A DNA stretch of 48,538 nucleotides from Chlorokybus atmophyticus (lineage: Eukaryota > Plantae > Mesostigma and Chlorokybus algae): positions 251,840 to 300,377 of the forward strand of contig RHPI01003491.1 of assembly GCA_009103225.1 (NCBI GenBank), read 5' to 3'. Position 1 is the stretch's first letter. Each line of letters begins with the position of its first letter. Shown piece by piece: positions 34,480-47,730 of this stretch. Position numbers and translations under genes: made by a program. The notes under the pieces were generated by a model, which was given only the letters and a program-made list of their open reading frames with translations, did no database searches and was not told where the DNA came from.

Positions 34480-34960
34480 GTTGGTGATTGGTGGTGGCGC
34501 AGTTACCACCATCGTCTACGTATGTTGCTGCCTGTGCACGTTAGCTTACGCCTGCCCGGGGAGACGATGAGCAACATAATTTTCAAGTTTATGCACGCCA
34601 TGCATCATATACTCCGCAAGTCGAAGATCATTTTTGTAATAAGTTTGCTTGTAGACGAGGCGGGTTCCCGAAACCCTTACAATAAAGCCCTTAGCCGCTT
34701 TTATACCCTTGTCATTAATCTTATCTTATTAGCCTGCAGTGACAGATTAACATATCAACCACAATCTAGTTAATAGTAACGCAACTACTATATGCTAGCA
34801 TTAGCCACACAAGAGCATCCTCCCTAGTTAAACACAGTCATTTCCTACGGTAAGACCCGTGGCTACCTGCTTTATTATGCCGTCAATATGGTTGATTAAA
34901 TATCTACATTTTTTAAACTGCATCGTCACCTAGCGTCCGTCGATGCAGCACCTCAATGTC
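34480..34960 (+). repeat. Unclassified ~480-bp dispersed repeat, copy 1 (matches 37430-37915)
   Basis: Colinear shared blocks gtggtggcgcagt.accacc, atgagcaacat, gcacgccatgcatcat, gacgaggcgg, gcatcctccctagt, aagacccgtggcta.ctgctttattatgccg and gatgcagca. Confidence 0.75.
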
Positions 34961-35223
34961 GTCTTTCAGTAAACAGCCCTCGCACTCCGCGCGCAGTTTT
35001 TTGTCTCTGTCATATGATAAGGTTACGCAGCCCAATTACTCGTTTGTCGCCGGGCACCACCTTGGTCCCACAGCTGTGTGAAGCCCCGCGAACATAAAAC
35101 CCACCTGGGTTTTAACATACAGGAACCAAGCTCATAGAACAGGGGAATAGCTTTTCACTTCCTTCATGCCTCCATCGCTTCATGTCCCGCACTTTGGCTG
35201 CCTCACTTCATAACGTGTTCAAC

Positions 35224-35868
35224 TGTAACAATCGGCCAAGTTCCATGATTTTAGGACCTTTTTTGGCCCATTTATCAAGCACCACGTTTTCATGACTTGT
35301 GGAGCTATTGGCGAGTTATGAGTCTGCCGCGGATACCGACCGGGGCCCCAGGACCAGTCCGGAAGGTGCATGAAAACGGAGGCCCCGTCGAGAAGGCCTC
35401 GACTAGATTTCTGGACGGCCTGGCGCCAAGTAGTATAACTTGACCATATGAGCACCTAATCAAGAGATCTTAGGTGCGTCAGAAAGGTCTAGAAGTATAC
35501 TACAAGGTTTCTGCAATAACATCTTAGCGTCTGGTTTTGTGTAGCACGGGAATCGTTTAGACAGTAGCATGTGCAGACTGGTAGGTATAAAAGCGACTTT
35601 CTACAATATGCAATACAACCTTTGGCTTCCTATTTCTTTTGTGCAAGCCTAGTGGTGGTTAGCAGGAGTTGCTAGCGTGTGTCCACCGGTGTGTGCTTGC
35701 TTGTGTGACGATCCAAGGCGCTACACAAGTCGGTGTGTAGCTTCGAGCGCATGCGCGTGCGTACGCGAGTAGCGGGGCGCGTGTGTGCTTGGCAGAGGGG
35801 GCAAGGTTCCGGTGTGAATACCGTGTCTTGGTGAGAGGGTCGTTGATTGGACCAACTCACAGGTGACA
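35224..35868 (+). mobile_element. Solo-LTR-like sequence related to the intact chromovirus LTR
   Basis: Starts TGTAACA and ends GTGACA; 645 bp versus 655 bp. Shares ggcaaggttccggtgtgaa, tccaaggc and GT-rich U5-like tracts with 15962-16616. No matching TSD, so the boundaries are uncertain. Confidence 0.5.
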
Positions 35869-37429
35869 AGGCATGAGCACCGTCACATCAGCATCATAAC
35901 CTCCACAGTATCAAACATTTCACCTCTTGTAGGATATATAGTTGTTTTCTTTCAATCTCCTTTGATTGTGTCCCTCAAGCCTGCTATTGCATGTTTACAA
36001 CAGCTTGGTTCACTGCGTCCTCTCCCTCAACCCTGCAGCTCAACCGAGTCGCATGAAGATTTTGGATTATGTTCAATGCCCGCATCAACAACTCACGCAG
36101 ATGATCTGCAACATGGTTCAACACTAGCATCTTCGCCACCACGCAATGCACTTAATTAAATATCTTTGCCTCGAGATCCGCCATATGAACAAACATACGC
36201 ATCACCACCACCGCAGCGCACAGTTTCAATCCCCCTCCCTTATGGACTACCACAAGCGTAAGCACATGTATCTCCGCCTCCGCCGCAGCAATGCACAGCT
36301 TCAATGCCTCTCTCTCATGGTCCGCCAAAGTGCGAACACCAATATCTCTGCCACCGCAGTGCACGGATGCAATGTTACTCCCGCATGGTCTGCCCCGGGT
36401 GCCATTATCAACATCTGCGCCACCGTAATGCATGACTCTCCTTCGTAATCTGCTTTTGCAATACATGGTTATGCTGTTCTTCTCATACATCTTTCCTTTT
36501 TCAGCTTCCCACCACGTGGTACTTGCCGTCGTTGCATGAGTAATAAGTCGCGGAGTGGCAGAACACATAGCCGTAGCCTACTCTGTTGCTGCTGGAGTTG
36601 CAGAATTTGCCTGACTTTCACCACCTTGCCCCTCTTCCCCCATAACCGAGTATGCAATCTCATCAGCATCTACTTTACTGCCACCGCTGCTTCAAGCTCA
36701 TTTGAGGGTGTTCTCGCAACCATGCTGAAGTCTATATTGATTGCTGTTGTTGCTTTTTTTAATGGCAGGCCTAAAGAATATAGTAAGACAAGTGCAGTGT
36801 ATTGCTGGTAGAACCTGCAAATATTCTCTCTACCTCAGCATGAGGTTGAGTTCTTAATTTAAGTTAACTCCCCCCATAGGAATAATTGTTTTGGTCTTTT
36901 TGTTGTTTTTCTCCCTTTGAGTTTGTATACAGTAAATTTCGCCGAGTCCTTTGGTCTCGAAGGGTGAGTTAGGCTGGTCCCCCGCATTACTGCTGCCGTC
37001 GCGTTGGCGTCACGCCCACACAATTGGCGTCACTACGCCACCTCCAATTGAACAATGTGCCATCGCTCGTCGAGCGGCAACTTGCAGCTGCCGCCGCTGA
37101 CAACCCCCCAACGCGTTTTGCAAGTTGTAAATCCCACTTTTTGATGTACAAATCTCGTTTCTCAAGTTGCCAATCCTTTTCTTCTACTTGAAGTCTTCTT
37201 CTTTTTCTTCTTCTTCTAAATTTGTCAGCTGCAAATCCCGTTTGTCAAGTTGTACAGCCCATCTGCAGTTGCCGAACAGAGTCGCAGCCGCTGAAACGCT
37301 CCGCTCACTTACAGCCTGCTGCGGCGCGCTTTCCAATTGTAGGTTTCACACTCCGCGACCGTCCGTCTTCATAATAAGCCGTTGCTACCGGCCTCACTGG
37401 TCCAATGACCGCCCCGATATCAAAAGGCG

Positions 37430-37915
37430 GTTGGTGACCAGTGGTGGCGCAGTCACCACCCTTGTCCACGTGGCCTGTGCCAAAAACGTTAGCACAAAGC
37501 CCCGCTCATGCCCACCCGGGGAGGCAATGAGCAACATTCAATTTGTCATTCGTGAGCACGCCATGCATCATTCACTCAAGTTCAGAAGTCTATCTTGTAT
37601 TAAGGATGCTTGAAGACGAGGCGGCTCCCGGGCCCCTACAACTGAGCCTTAAGAAGAACTGCTATTATACACTTGTCACTGGTCTTATTCAGCTGTGCAT
37701 GCAATAACAAATGAACTTTTAACCACAGTATAGTTGATGATGCAACTATAAGATGTTAGCAATAACCACACTAGGGCATCCTCCCTAGTACTTAACTATA
37801 GTCATTTCTGTAGGAAGACCCGTGGCTAACTGCTTTATTATGCCGACACTTAGTTAAGTAAATAACCAACCATATTACTATGGGTGCATTAACACCTGCC
37901 GTTGATGCAGCAACT
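37430..37915 (+). repeat. Unclassified ~480-bp dispersed repeat, copy 2 (matches 34480-34960)
   Basis: Same colinear blocks as copy 1. Confidence 0.75.
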
Positions 37916-40679
37916 CGGTACTGCCCTTCATTGGACGCTTTTCGCGTTCTTTGTCGTCGTGTTCTGACTGGGCCACGCGGCCCGGTCACTTCGCCGAGCA
38001 CCCGTTTGGTACTCACAAATACAACCTCAATAAGTGCATACCATTTGGAACGGGCGTATGTATGCACTTACCGCATTTAAGCACACTCGTTAAGTGCATA
38101 TTTATGCACCTGCTTCATGTGCATATTTTATGCACATGAAGTTGGCACAACTTGGCAGAAGCACATTCATGTGTAACTCAAGCATAAATTACCTTGATTC
38201 AAGGCAAACTGCTTTGAAAAATGCATAGGCACAGTATAGGCATCTCATAAAATGCACTTATACCAATAAATGCACATGCTTTGAATGCACAGGTATTACC
38301 CCCGAAGACGTTGGTGACCGTAAAATTATGCATTGAACGCGAGTATGCACTTATTGAATATACACTTAACGAGGTTGAATTGTTCAACCATAACAATATC
38401 ATGTTGTTTCACAAGATTGCACATTGGATTTCAATAATATTGTCACCGAACACACATTATTTATTTTCAACTTTACGAGCTGCAGACTATTTGACCCTTT
38501 TTATGCTGCAAAAATGATGCACATGCTAAGCGCGTGATGAATTTCGCACCAATGTAACCCACAGCCGAGTAATGCGCATTGAGCGCTAAAACCATTACAT
38601 GTCAATTCACGTGTCAACTTGTTATCAACCGCTGACGCAAGAATGACATCATTCCGACCAAAACACCAATTTGGATTATTGACAATTGATTTAATGCAAA
38701 ACAGGCTGCACATAATTGCTGATCTTATGTGCTAGTTGGTACATACAGTACGCGCTGCACTCATCTTCTTTTAATGTTGTAGGAGGGATGGATAGATGTA
38801 TTCATGAAAACATATGTATATAAGATATACTTGAATGTAATGTCGTTGCGCATTGTTCAAATTAAACATCATGTTTGTTCATGAAGCAAATGGCTTCCAT
38901 GCACTGCTTGAATTGGACCATTGTCTAATACAATTATTAAGCTCACGAGCTGTGCCGGAATGGGTTGTATTGTGTTAAATAAACATTATGGGACATTGCC
39001 TGAATGGAAACACTTATTGACCGTTAATATGTTATGGTTAACGACAATGGAGTGGTCGAGGAGTTGCAATAATTGTTGAAAAGGTGACAAATTATAATGA
39101 TGTATTATAAACTTGATATAACACAGCTGTTTGCATCACACATCATCGTGATCAGATAATAAACTTACAGACATTGGCGTGATGCTTCCACTTGCAGCAA
39201 TGCTAGCTGGCACTTACTCAATTCACTAGGCACATAGTAGCCGCATATGACGTCTTCCAATGATGATGTTATCTTTCTGTAACTCACACAATGCTTAGGT
39301 GATTTATTGTTTCAACATGTTCAATATCTTGCATGCATGCTGAATGGCATATGCTACGTTGAAAACTGCGTTTTCGCATATTTCACATCATATATTGCAC
39401 CGCCTTTTTGTCGTGTGCATATAACTACTTCATGACATACGATACCAATATATGGATGGACATATCTTAAAGGTCCTAGAGGTTTGCATTAATTGTTCAT
39501 GAATTCTAAAATATGGTTGCATGCTTGGCTATAACAATCCAGCATTTGAGGATGACGATATGATGATTACCGATTTCTATACATAAAGTTTATAGCATCT
39601 TGGTATGCATGCCAACCACTTTTCAATCATGGGCTAGAATAAGTGCCCTGATTGAGAGATGGCCCAACCAGCTAGAAATTATTTTCATAGCGGTCAGCCT
39701 TCGTATGAGCTTGGCAAGTACTACTTGTACAATGGCTGTGGTGCATTGTTCATGTCTTGAATGGGCATGTGCCTACACAACGACTCGCTTATAGGATAAG
39801 CCATGTCCAGCGGTTATTAGCGGTTATTAGCAACGAGGAGCACAACATCAGCAATGGCGATGACATATCCGCCTCAGTGCGCGCAGAATACTTAAGTGCT
39901 TGAAAGGTGAAGCTCCCTTGCAAGCAATGTCTTCTCACTTTGAAGCAATGAGTTCCGCTATAAATCTGAAAAGCCGTTGCCTGCAAGCTAGCTTTGCCTT
40001 GCTTGCTTGCTTGCTTGCGGTATGCGTATTCTTTAACTACCAAAGCTGATAAGGGTACTGAGGGTTGCTTATATGGGTATTAAGTCAGTGCATCATATGG
40101 AAGTGAAATTGGCATTGCCAGACAGCTTTTGCTAAAGGGCACAAATAATAATGCCGCAGACTTTGAAGCGCATTACAGTCACACAGATATATGGTGTTGC
40201 TTGAGTGTTTGCAACATTTCAAAAGCCATTGTACACAGATATATATACCCATGCTATGTGCATATCATACATATACTATAAGTATACATATATTTATATG
40301 CACATGCGTATGTGTATGTGTACGTAAGTATGTGTTTGAACACGCTTGTTTGTGCATATAGCCTATGTCGTACATCTATATGTGTATATACAATTGTGTG
40401 TATACAACATACATCTATAAACAATGCGTTTCAATTTCGTTGCCCTCTTTATAATTACAAACTATAGATTTGCAGGGTGCTTACATCGAGTGTAATAGTG
40501 CTTTGATAAGGGAGTGATTTGCATGGTGCATGTTGGTTCTCGGCAATAAATGTGCTTAGATTGAGGTTGTGCTTAGAAGAGTGTGATTACAAGGAGGTTG
40601 CGCTGTACTTGTTGTACAGAAGGAAGGCTCTCTCGTTCTCTCTTACACGCGCGCGCGTTGCAGGCCAGCGCAAGGAGAC

Positions 40680-41120
40680 CACGGCCACGTGCGCACCACA
40701 CAAACTGAACACAACAAGACTGCCGGTAGCTGGAGGGACAAAGGGCGGGGAGGAGGCGCCTCCCCACCGAGTGGGCGTGGGCTGGAACAAGAAGGATAAC
40801 AAAGGGCGAGTGCAATTGCATCAACAACAAGCAGCTGGTGTCGGCAGTAATCACACGCACGAGGGGGCTACGTAAGGGATGGACCGCGCCGAGAGGGAGG
40901 GCGCATTTGGCTTGCCCACCACGTTGGATCGACTGAGGGTCAGTGTGCTAGCAAATGAATGCGTACTCATGGATGATGTTAATGAGGAGAACGAGGGTGG
41001 TGGTGGTGGTGAGGAAGAAGAAGTGGTGGTGCACACAGAAGAGCAAGAGCAGGAGGACATCGGGCAATGTGGCGTTAAATGTAGCGAGACAGAAGGGAGA
41101 CAAGATGAAGGAGGTGCGTT
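40680..41120 (+). repeat. Diverged duplicate block A (matches ~42820-43230), coding-like
   Basis: Shared agggcggggaggaggcg, gaacaagaagg and cgcgccgagagggag, followed by an acidic D/E-rich stretch. Both copies end just before a gap. Confidence 0.7.
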
Positions 41121-41121
41121 G

Positions 41122-41125
<4 letters not shown>

Positions 41126-41176
<51 letters not shown>

Positions 41177-41316
41177 NNNNNNNNNNNNNNNNNNNNNNNN
41201 NNNNNNNNNNNNNNNNNNNNNNNNNNNNNNNNNNNNNNNNNNNNNNNNNNNNNNNNNNNNNNNNNNNNNNNNNNNNNNNNNNNNNNNNNNNNNNNNNNNN
41301 NNNNNNNNNNNNNNNN

Positions 41317-41357
<41 letters not shown>
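41126..41357. repeat. (CT)n microsatellite spanning an assembly gap (N 41177-41316)
   Basis: CT repeats flank both sides of the N run. Confidence 0.9.
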
Positions 41358-41360
<3 letters not shown>

Positions 41361-42288
41361 CTCTCGCTCTCTCGCTCTCTTGCTCTCCTTTGCCCCCTTT
41401 GCTGCAGACAGTTATCAGTATGTCGATGTGGCCCTTGGCGGCGGCAATGCACAGAGCGCTGCGGCGGCATGCATCCTGCCGCGCATGGACACTACAGACC
41501 ATGCAACTACAGTGCGCATACAAGCTTTGCACGAAGGTAAAGCAGTATGCAAGTGCACATGGCAATACTGCATCAGCTATCACATGATTTGGTGGGGTAT
41601 AGTACGATATATACCAAGTGTCAACTTGACCTGCTAAACTCTGTGTTCGTGTACGCACGTGCTTCAGTATGTGCCTGCGTGCGCATGTTTTTCCAAGCGT
41701 GCATGTGCGTGCATGTGCGTGCAATTGCATCTCAGCATAGCCGTTTGCAACATAGTGCATGCGTTTATGTGCAGATAGCGAAGCCAACACAAGGAAGCGC
41801 AAACACATTTCAGCTACGCCCACCATGGTCCCGCGAGGCAATGCAACCACAAAGAGGCAGCAAAAGGATGCGAGCCCTGCCAGGCCGGCACCCATAACTA
41901 ACGCACCTCTAAGGCAAGGAGGTGAGAAAGAAGAAAAGGCTGAGGAGCCAAGGAGCCCAAGCGACGGAAACTTTGACGTGATGCATCCGGTCCTATATCA
42001 GATAAAGGAGATGAAACGAAGGAGGAGGGAGTCGGTGTGTGCATATGCACGTGCGCGTATGTTTGTATGTGCGTGCGTCCGTGAGTGCCAGTGTGAGTGT
42101 GGGTGGGTATGGGTGGATGGGTGTGCATGTGTGCGCGCGCGTGTGTACGCACCTGTGCATGCGCATATGCACCTGTGTGTATATGTCGGAGTGCATATAG
42201 GCACCAAAATCAACATGCGCCACAACAACCACCTGCCAATGCTCTGCCACTTACAGAGAGCGGGAGGGCGCTTCGCCACCAACGAGCC

Positions 42289-42411
42289 GGCATAAGGTGG
42301 AGAGCTCGCTGCTATCAAGTGGGAATATATGCACACGGCCAGCAAGTGTACATTGGAAGCTACTGTATGTGTGAGGAGGCTGTTCGCGGAAGAGACCGCA
42401 TGACAGTGAGA
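42289..42411 (+). pseudogene. AP2-like DNA-binding domain fragment (degenerate)
   Basis: GIRWRARCYQVGIYAHGQQVYIGSYCMCEEAVRGRDRMTVR resembles the AP2 consensus (GV.W….W.A.I…G+++YLGS+…EEAARA.DR). No complete gene model could be built. Confidence 0.55.
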
Positions 42412-42819
42412 GATCGCTCGGCCTGCCGATCATCTAAGAGCGAGACTAAAGCAGCAAAAACTCGAGCAGAGGTTGATCCGAGTGAGAACAAGGGGAAGAG
42501 GACCAGCAGGAGGAGGAGGCCAAGACCAGAAAACCACCACATGCGGGTCAATGTCCTGATGTAACAGCTCAAGCAAAGGCACAGAGTATACCGTCACGCA
42601 ACTTAAACCTGTGTTCTGTTCACAGTGCATCTAGTATTGGCTGAGATATAGTGCTTTCGATATGAAGTTACGGACTGCTGATACGAAATTCAACCCCAAT
42701 TCTTCTACGTAAGTATGTATGAAGACCTGCAACAGCAAGAGCACTCACCTACTGTGATAAGAGCATCTTGTTGTCGTAGGTTGCCAAGCATTTGCAAGCG
42801 AGCACATACAACAAACCGC

Positions 42820-43230
42820 AGCCAATTGCACACCAAAAACAAACAGTGCAATACTGGGAGGAGGAGGGACAGAGGGCGGGGAGGAGGCGGTCCCTCCTCG
42901 GGTCGGCGTGAAGTGGACAAGAAGGTTTACTAATGGAAGGTGCAGATGTGCGTCAATTGCAAGACGCTGTACGTTGGTTGTTACCATGCACACATGAGGA
43001 GGCCGTGCGAGTGCTGGCCCGCGCCGAGAGGGAGTGCGCGCTCGGCCTGCCCATCTCGCTGAATTGGTTTCATGCAAGGGCTGGTGTGCCAACACAATCG
43101 TGTGTACAGGTGGATGATGACGAGGAAGATGTTTAAAAACTTGTAGTGAAGAAGGCAGAGCAAGATGAAGTTGGGCGTTGTAGTGCCGAACCAAGGATGG
43201 CAGATGATCATGAGATACAAGAACTTGCGC
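42820..43230 (+). repeat. Diverged duplicate block B (matches ~40680-41120), coding-like
   Basis: Encodes MEGADVRQLQDAVRWLLPCTHEEAVRVLARAERECALGLPISLNWF…DDDEED. Block A encodes the related …DRAEREGAFGLPTTLDRL…DDVNEE. Confidence 0.7.
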
Positions 43231-43250
43231 TGAAAAAGACTCCCCCCCCC

Positions 43251-43715
43251 NNNNNNNNNNNNNNNNNNNNNNNNNNNNNNNNNNNNNNNNNNNNNNNNNN
43301 NNNNNNNNNNNNNNNNNNNNNNNNNNNNNNNNNNNNNNNNNNNNNNNNNNNNNNNNNNNNNNNNNNNNNNNNNNNNNNNNNNNNNNNNNNNNNNNNNNNN
43401 NNNNNNNNNNNNNNNNNNNNNNNNNNNNNNNNNNNNNNNNNNNNNNNNNNNNNNNNNNNNNNNNNNNNNNNNNNNNNNNNNNNNNNNNNNNNNNNNNNNN
43501 NNNNNNNNNNNNNNNNNNNNNNNNNNNNNNNNNNNNNNNNNNNNNNNNNNNNNNNNNNNNNNNNNNNNNNNNNNNNNNNNNNNNNNNNNNNNNNNNNNNN
43601 NNNNNNNNNNNNNNNNNNNNNNNNNNNNNNNNNNNNNNNNNNNNNNNNNNNNNNNNNNNNNNNNNNNNNNNNNNNNNNNNNNNNNNNNNNNNNNNNNNNN
43701 NNNNNNNNNNNNNNN
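43251..43715. other. Assembly gap
   Basis: N run between poly-C and (CT)n. Confidence 1.

Positions 43716-43771
<56 letters not shown>
43716..43771. repeat. (CT)n(CA)n microsatellite next to the gap
   Basis: Directly visible. Confidence 0.9.
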
Positions 43772-43772
<1 letters not shown>

Positions 43773-44135
43773 TGCGCCTACCCTCGTCCCTCGTGTGGTG
43801 CCAGCCACCTCCGGCAACGAAGCCTGGGAGGTTCGTTTAGGTGACGAGCTTGTCGGTAGCTACGCTGACGCCATTGCTGCCACCAATGCTGCCATCAGCT
43901 TCACACAGGTCAGGAGAGGGCCACACAAAGGCTGCACACACGGTGCTGATCGTTGCATTGCCTTTGTTTTATTCACACAAGCAGAGTGTCCATGTAAGTA
44001 ATGAGCACATGCAGGAGAAGATGCTTTTGTGAGGCATTAACATGAAGGCAAATCAAGAATCAGGATCTCGTGAACCATGCCTCGAACCCAGCTGCGCTCC
44101 AAGTCAGGTGAGCAGCATCCAAAACCTCAATTTAA

Positions 44136-47100
44136 GGTGGATGCGTTGAGGTGTTGGACACGCAACGATGCAAGGGTCTATACAACACTGCACTGCACTT
44201 AAACTACACTCAAGCCAACTACACCAAGTCCGCCACTGTCAGTCCTGCAATGTTCGTCAAAGAAGTGTCTCGTGCTGGCCGTGCAACACGAGATGGCGCT
44301 AATTACACTGCTGCGAGTGCCACAATGGCTGCCGCCTGCGAGCGCTCAAATACCACCGAGACGCGCTGTCGAATCTGTGTCAGCGAGCAGGGAATGAACC
44401 GCGACTTTCATGTCAATCACACGCCGTGCACACATGAATAACAGATCGACAGCCGGGGTCCCCATCCAACCATAGGTCTCAATTGTCAGTTGCAGCGTGG
44501 TCTCCATACTTCGCCCTCTTTGCTCGCTCTGCTGCCAGCACGCCTGCTCCGGGCCTGGCGCGAGGCTCGGTAATAGTGACATCTAGCAGTAGTCGCTGAT
44601 CGCTGCCCGGCTCACATGCCACAATGTCCATACGTCATCCCTGCTGCTCGTGCGCACGCACAGGTAACACGCCAAGCATTTCGCAATGCACCACAAACTT
44701 TGCCTCCCGCATAATGGCGGCGAATACATCATGCACATCATTGTGGGTAGCAATGCGGTGTCCGTCCCGCATGCACATAGAGAGATGCGTGTCGCGTGCG
44801 TCGGACAAACAATGACCGCAAGCACGGGAAGGGGTATGCTCGAGCAAGGGATGCGGCCAAGCCAGCAAGTGCCGAATGGCAGTGCGGAATTAGAAGGCGA
44901 ACATGCGCAACTCCTCACGCACAGGCAATGCCAACGACCAAGCTCCCAGGAATGACGGCCGTAGCGTTGGTAACAAAACTCCGCAATGCTCTAAGCCGAG
45001 CCGAGGGGAACACCCAAATATGAAACGCCGTGCGTGGCCACGCGCACAATGGATGGAAATACTGAAGGAATAGCTGTCTCGCTGTACAACTGTAACTTCT
45101 CTCAACTCGCGGCCAACCCAATGCCAATGCTGTACTGATGTCCCCTGCACCAGCAGTCACATCCCTTAGAGGTCCCAATAGCAGTGTATCATCAGCATAC
45201 CTTGGTGCCGACACCGTCGCATGACGCTCGATGACATGGGTGATAGTGTCGGTGTGGACTAAAGCGTACAACAGCCCCACCAACGGATCACCCTGCCTCG
45301 TGCCCATGCATCACCAAACCCTTTCCACATGAGAGTGATGGATAAAACAAAGCAGCCGGAGTGGCATAGAACAGGCGCACGAAGGGGATCAGCTGTGCAA
45401 ACGTGCTCATCCGCAACAACTGGATCATTGCAGCCCTGTCAACCGTGTTGGGGCGTTGATAATGTCCATCTGCAGCAGGACATGATGTGGGTGTGCTTGC
45501 AAATGTGCCCCTTGTGCCACAATTTCCGCGCCGCCCCGTGTGGCGACGCAGAACTGAACCTGGCTCCGAGTGCGTTCCTGCCACTTCACGCACCAAGGCC
45601 GAAAGTGTCCGCCCCACCAATCTTTGTAATACGACATCAATGGCAATGGGCCAAACACCGCCCGGCGGAAACACCCAATGATTGGGTGTTTCCAAGGCAA
45701 ATTGTCTGCAAGCTAACAACGCGGCAGCAATGGGGTTTGGCAAACGCCCAAAGGCCAGCAACGAACAGATGCGATGCAGAGAGGCCAGAGAAGCGCTGTG
45801 CCCGTCCATGAAGAGCGGACAAAGATGGTCGTAGGACAAGCCCAAAGGGCCAGCAGCTGCGCAACGTGGAGCCGTAGCCAATGACGCACAGAAGATTGAC
45901 AAATCTAACTCCACCGACGTGTCTGGAGCTAATGTGTGCAACCAGCTTGGTAATCTAGTTGATGCCGCCGGATACAGACGCCTCAGCTCGGCAATGGTAG
46001 CCTCCGTGTCAGGTGCTGGAGGTGAGGGAGGCAGCGCTGCGCATGCTCGCCCGCTCTTCCCAACTGCTCCACTCGGCGCACCCTTCCATCCTCCTGTGTC
46101 TGTTAATGACGTGGGCGTGAATGCGCTGCAGCGTACACCGCTGCTGCGTGCTTGTCCTCCAAAAGCGACCGCCACTCTCTAGCTAGGAAAAGCCTTGCTC
46201 GTTGTCGCAAGGCCCGCACAGCCTGACCATGTGCACCTGCTCGTGCTAAAGGTGACAGCAACAGTCGTGGCCATAACAATAGTAGAGCCCAACCAGCATT
46301 TTCACCCGCATTGGCGCCGATGCGATGCATGCACACGGACATGGTGCGCGCAATGTCTATGCAAGCAGGGTAGGGATGTGTACAATGAAAAAACCAACAC
46401 CATCGGGCTGAAGCTCATGCACGAGATCAACAATGGCAAGCCAGGCCCAAGACGCAGCGGGAATTATAAAAGCTGACGGTGCAGGCTGCGCTGGTGATTG
46501 TATGCTAAGTAAATTGACGACGGACGTCGCTAAGCATGCATGCACGACGTCGTGTTTGCATGCCACGTGCAGCAAACATCTCTCCACATAGATCACAACG
46601 CTGATTACGAACAGGTGTAGGCCGAGCTACCATATCTGTGGGCGGAACCACTGGTGCAACAACAGGAGCATGGACAAGTTGACCTGTCGGAGAAGGTGCT
46701 ACATGTTGTTGACGTTGTTGTGGCCCTGCTGGCTGCAAAGCTTTATCCACGTTGATAGCAATGACGTCCCTAACAAGGTCGGTGGCGTCGCCCTCACGCT
46801 AAGGCTAATGCATGCAAGCAGCCAATCGCGCTGCAGTGGCGCTGCTGGAGCTGGCGCTGCTAACGATCCTTCCTGAGGAGTTGGAGTTGGAGCTGTTGGC
46901 CTCGGGCTCACTGAAGACAACGGCGGCATTCTTGAAGTTGTAGGAGTCTTCATCAGCAACCGGGATGCTGGTGGCGTCACCGACGGTGAAAGCTTTGACA
47001 CCGCCGCCCCCTGCATGTTCCCCGCGAGCTGCCTGTTCCCCGTGCAGCACAGTGCGAGGCACGTGACCTCAACCCGGTGCAAAGTTGCGATCTGGGTCGA

Positions 47101-47730
47101 GGCCTGGTGCTGCCGCCGCCAGCTCCACATAGACTAGCGGCATGCACTGGTGCTCTAAGCCTTGCGGCACCAGAGACTCCCCTTATCACAGCAATATGGA
47201 AGCCCAAAGGGTGACGAGCACGCCGCCCACTCCGCCCAACGTCCATAGTTGATGTCATGTAGTTTGGGTTGTTGGCGGCGTGGCCGGACATGTGGCCACG
47301 CTGCTAGAGGCTGTATAACCGGTTGGTCTGCTAGCTGCAACCCTGCACTCACGGCACCCCCTCCCTCCACCGACCCTCCATCCCTCCACCTCGCCGCCGC
47401 CCGCCACCCCAAGAGCCCAAGCGTTGGGTGTTTGACTTGTGTGTGCCTGCGTTGGCCACTGTCTTGACCATATACTCTATGAAGGTCTTATGTGCGCCGG
47501 CGTACACATCAAGGCGTGTGCAACTAACCTGCAGCATCAGCATTGTACCTGTGGCACAACCAATAGTCGCAACACAACTGCACGCGATATGGAACGAGTA
47601 ACTTGGCAAGAAATCTCTGCAGCAAACATACTTCGGGAGGAACACATTCCATCATACTACTTACGGCTTGCTGGTTGCATGGCCCCTCAATTCTAACATA
47701 TGCTCGAGTGAGAGTGTTGAAGAAAAAACG
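44136..47730 (-). mobile_element. Decayed CRE-clade non-LTR retrotransposon (zinc fingers, RT, restriction-like endonuclease); ends approximate
   Basis: Minus-strand fragments in order: CDLCGEMF…RRAC and C..C…H…H fingers; TIAELRRLYP, AAGPLGLSYDHL and GGVWPIAIDVVLQRLVG; GTRQGDPL and YADD; HNDVHDVF; RMDIV…LLDVTITEP…AERAKRAKY; IETYGWMG. Multiple frameshifts and stops. Confidence 0.82.

Noticed and set aside
44915-45307. ORF track lists MGTRQGDPL… on the + strand
   Set aside because: The sequence shows this peptide starts at 45307 on the minus strand (plus reads …cctcgtgcccat). It is the RT segment of the CRE-like element, not a separate plus-strand gene.
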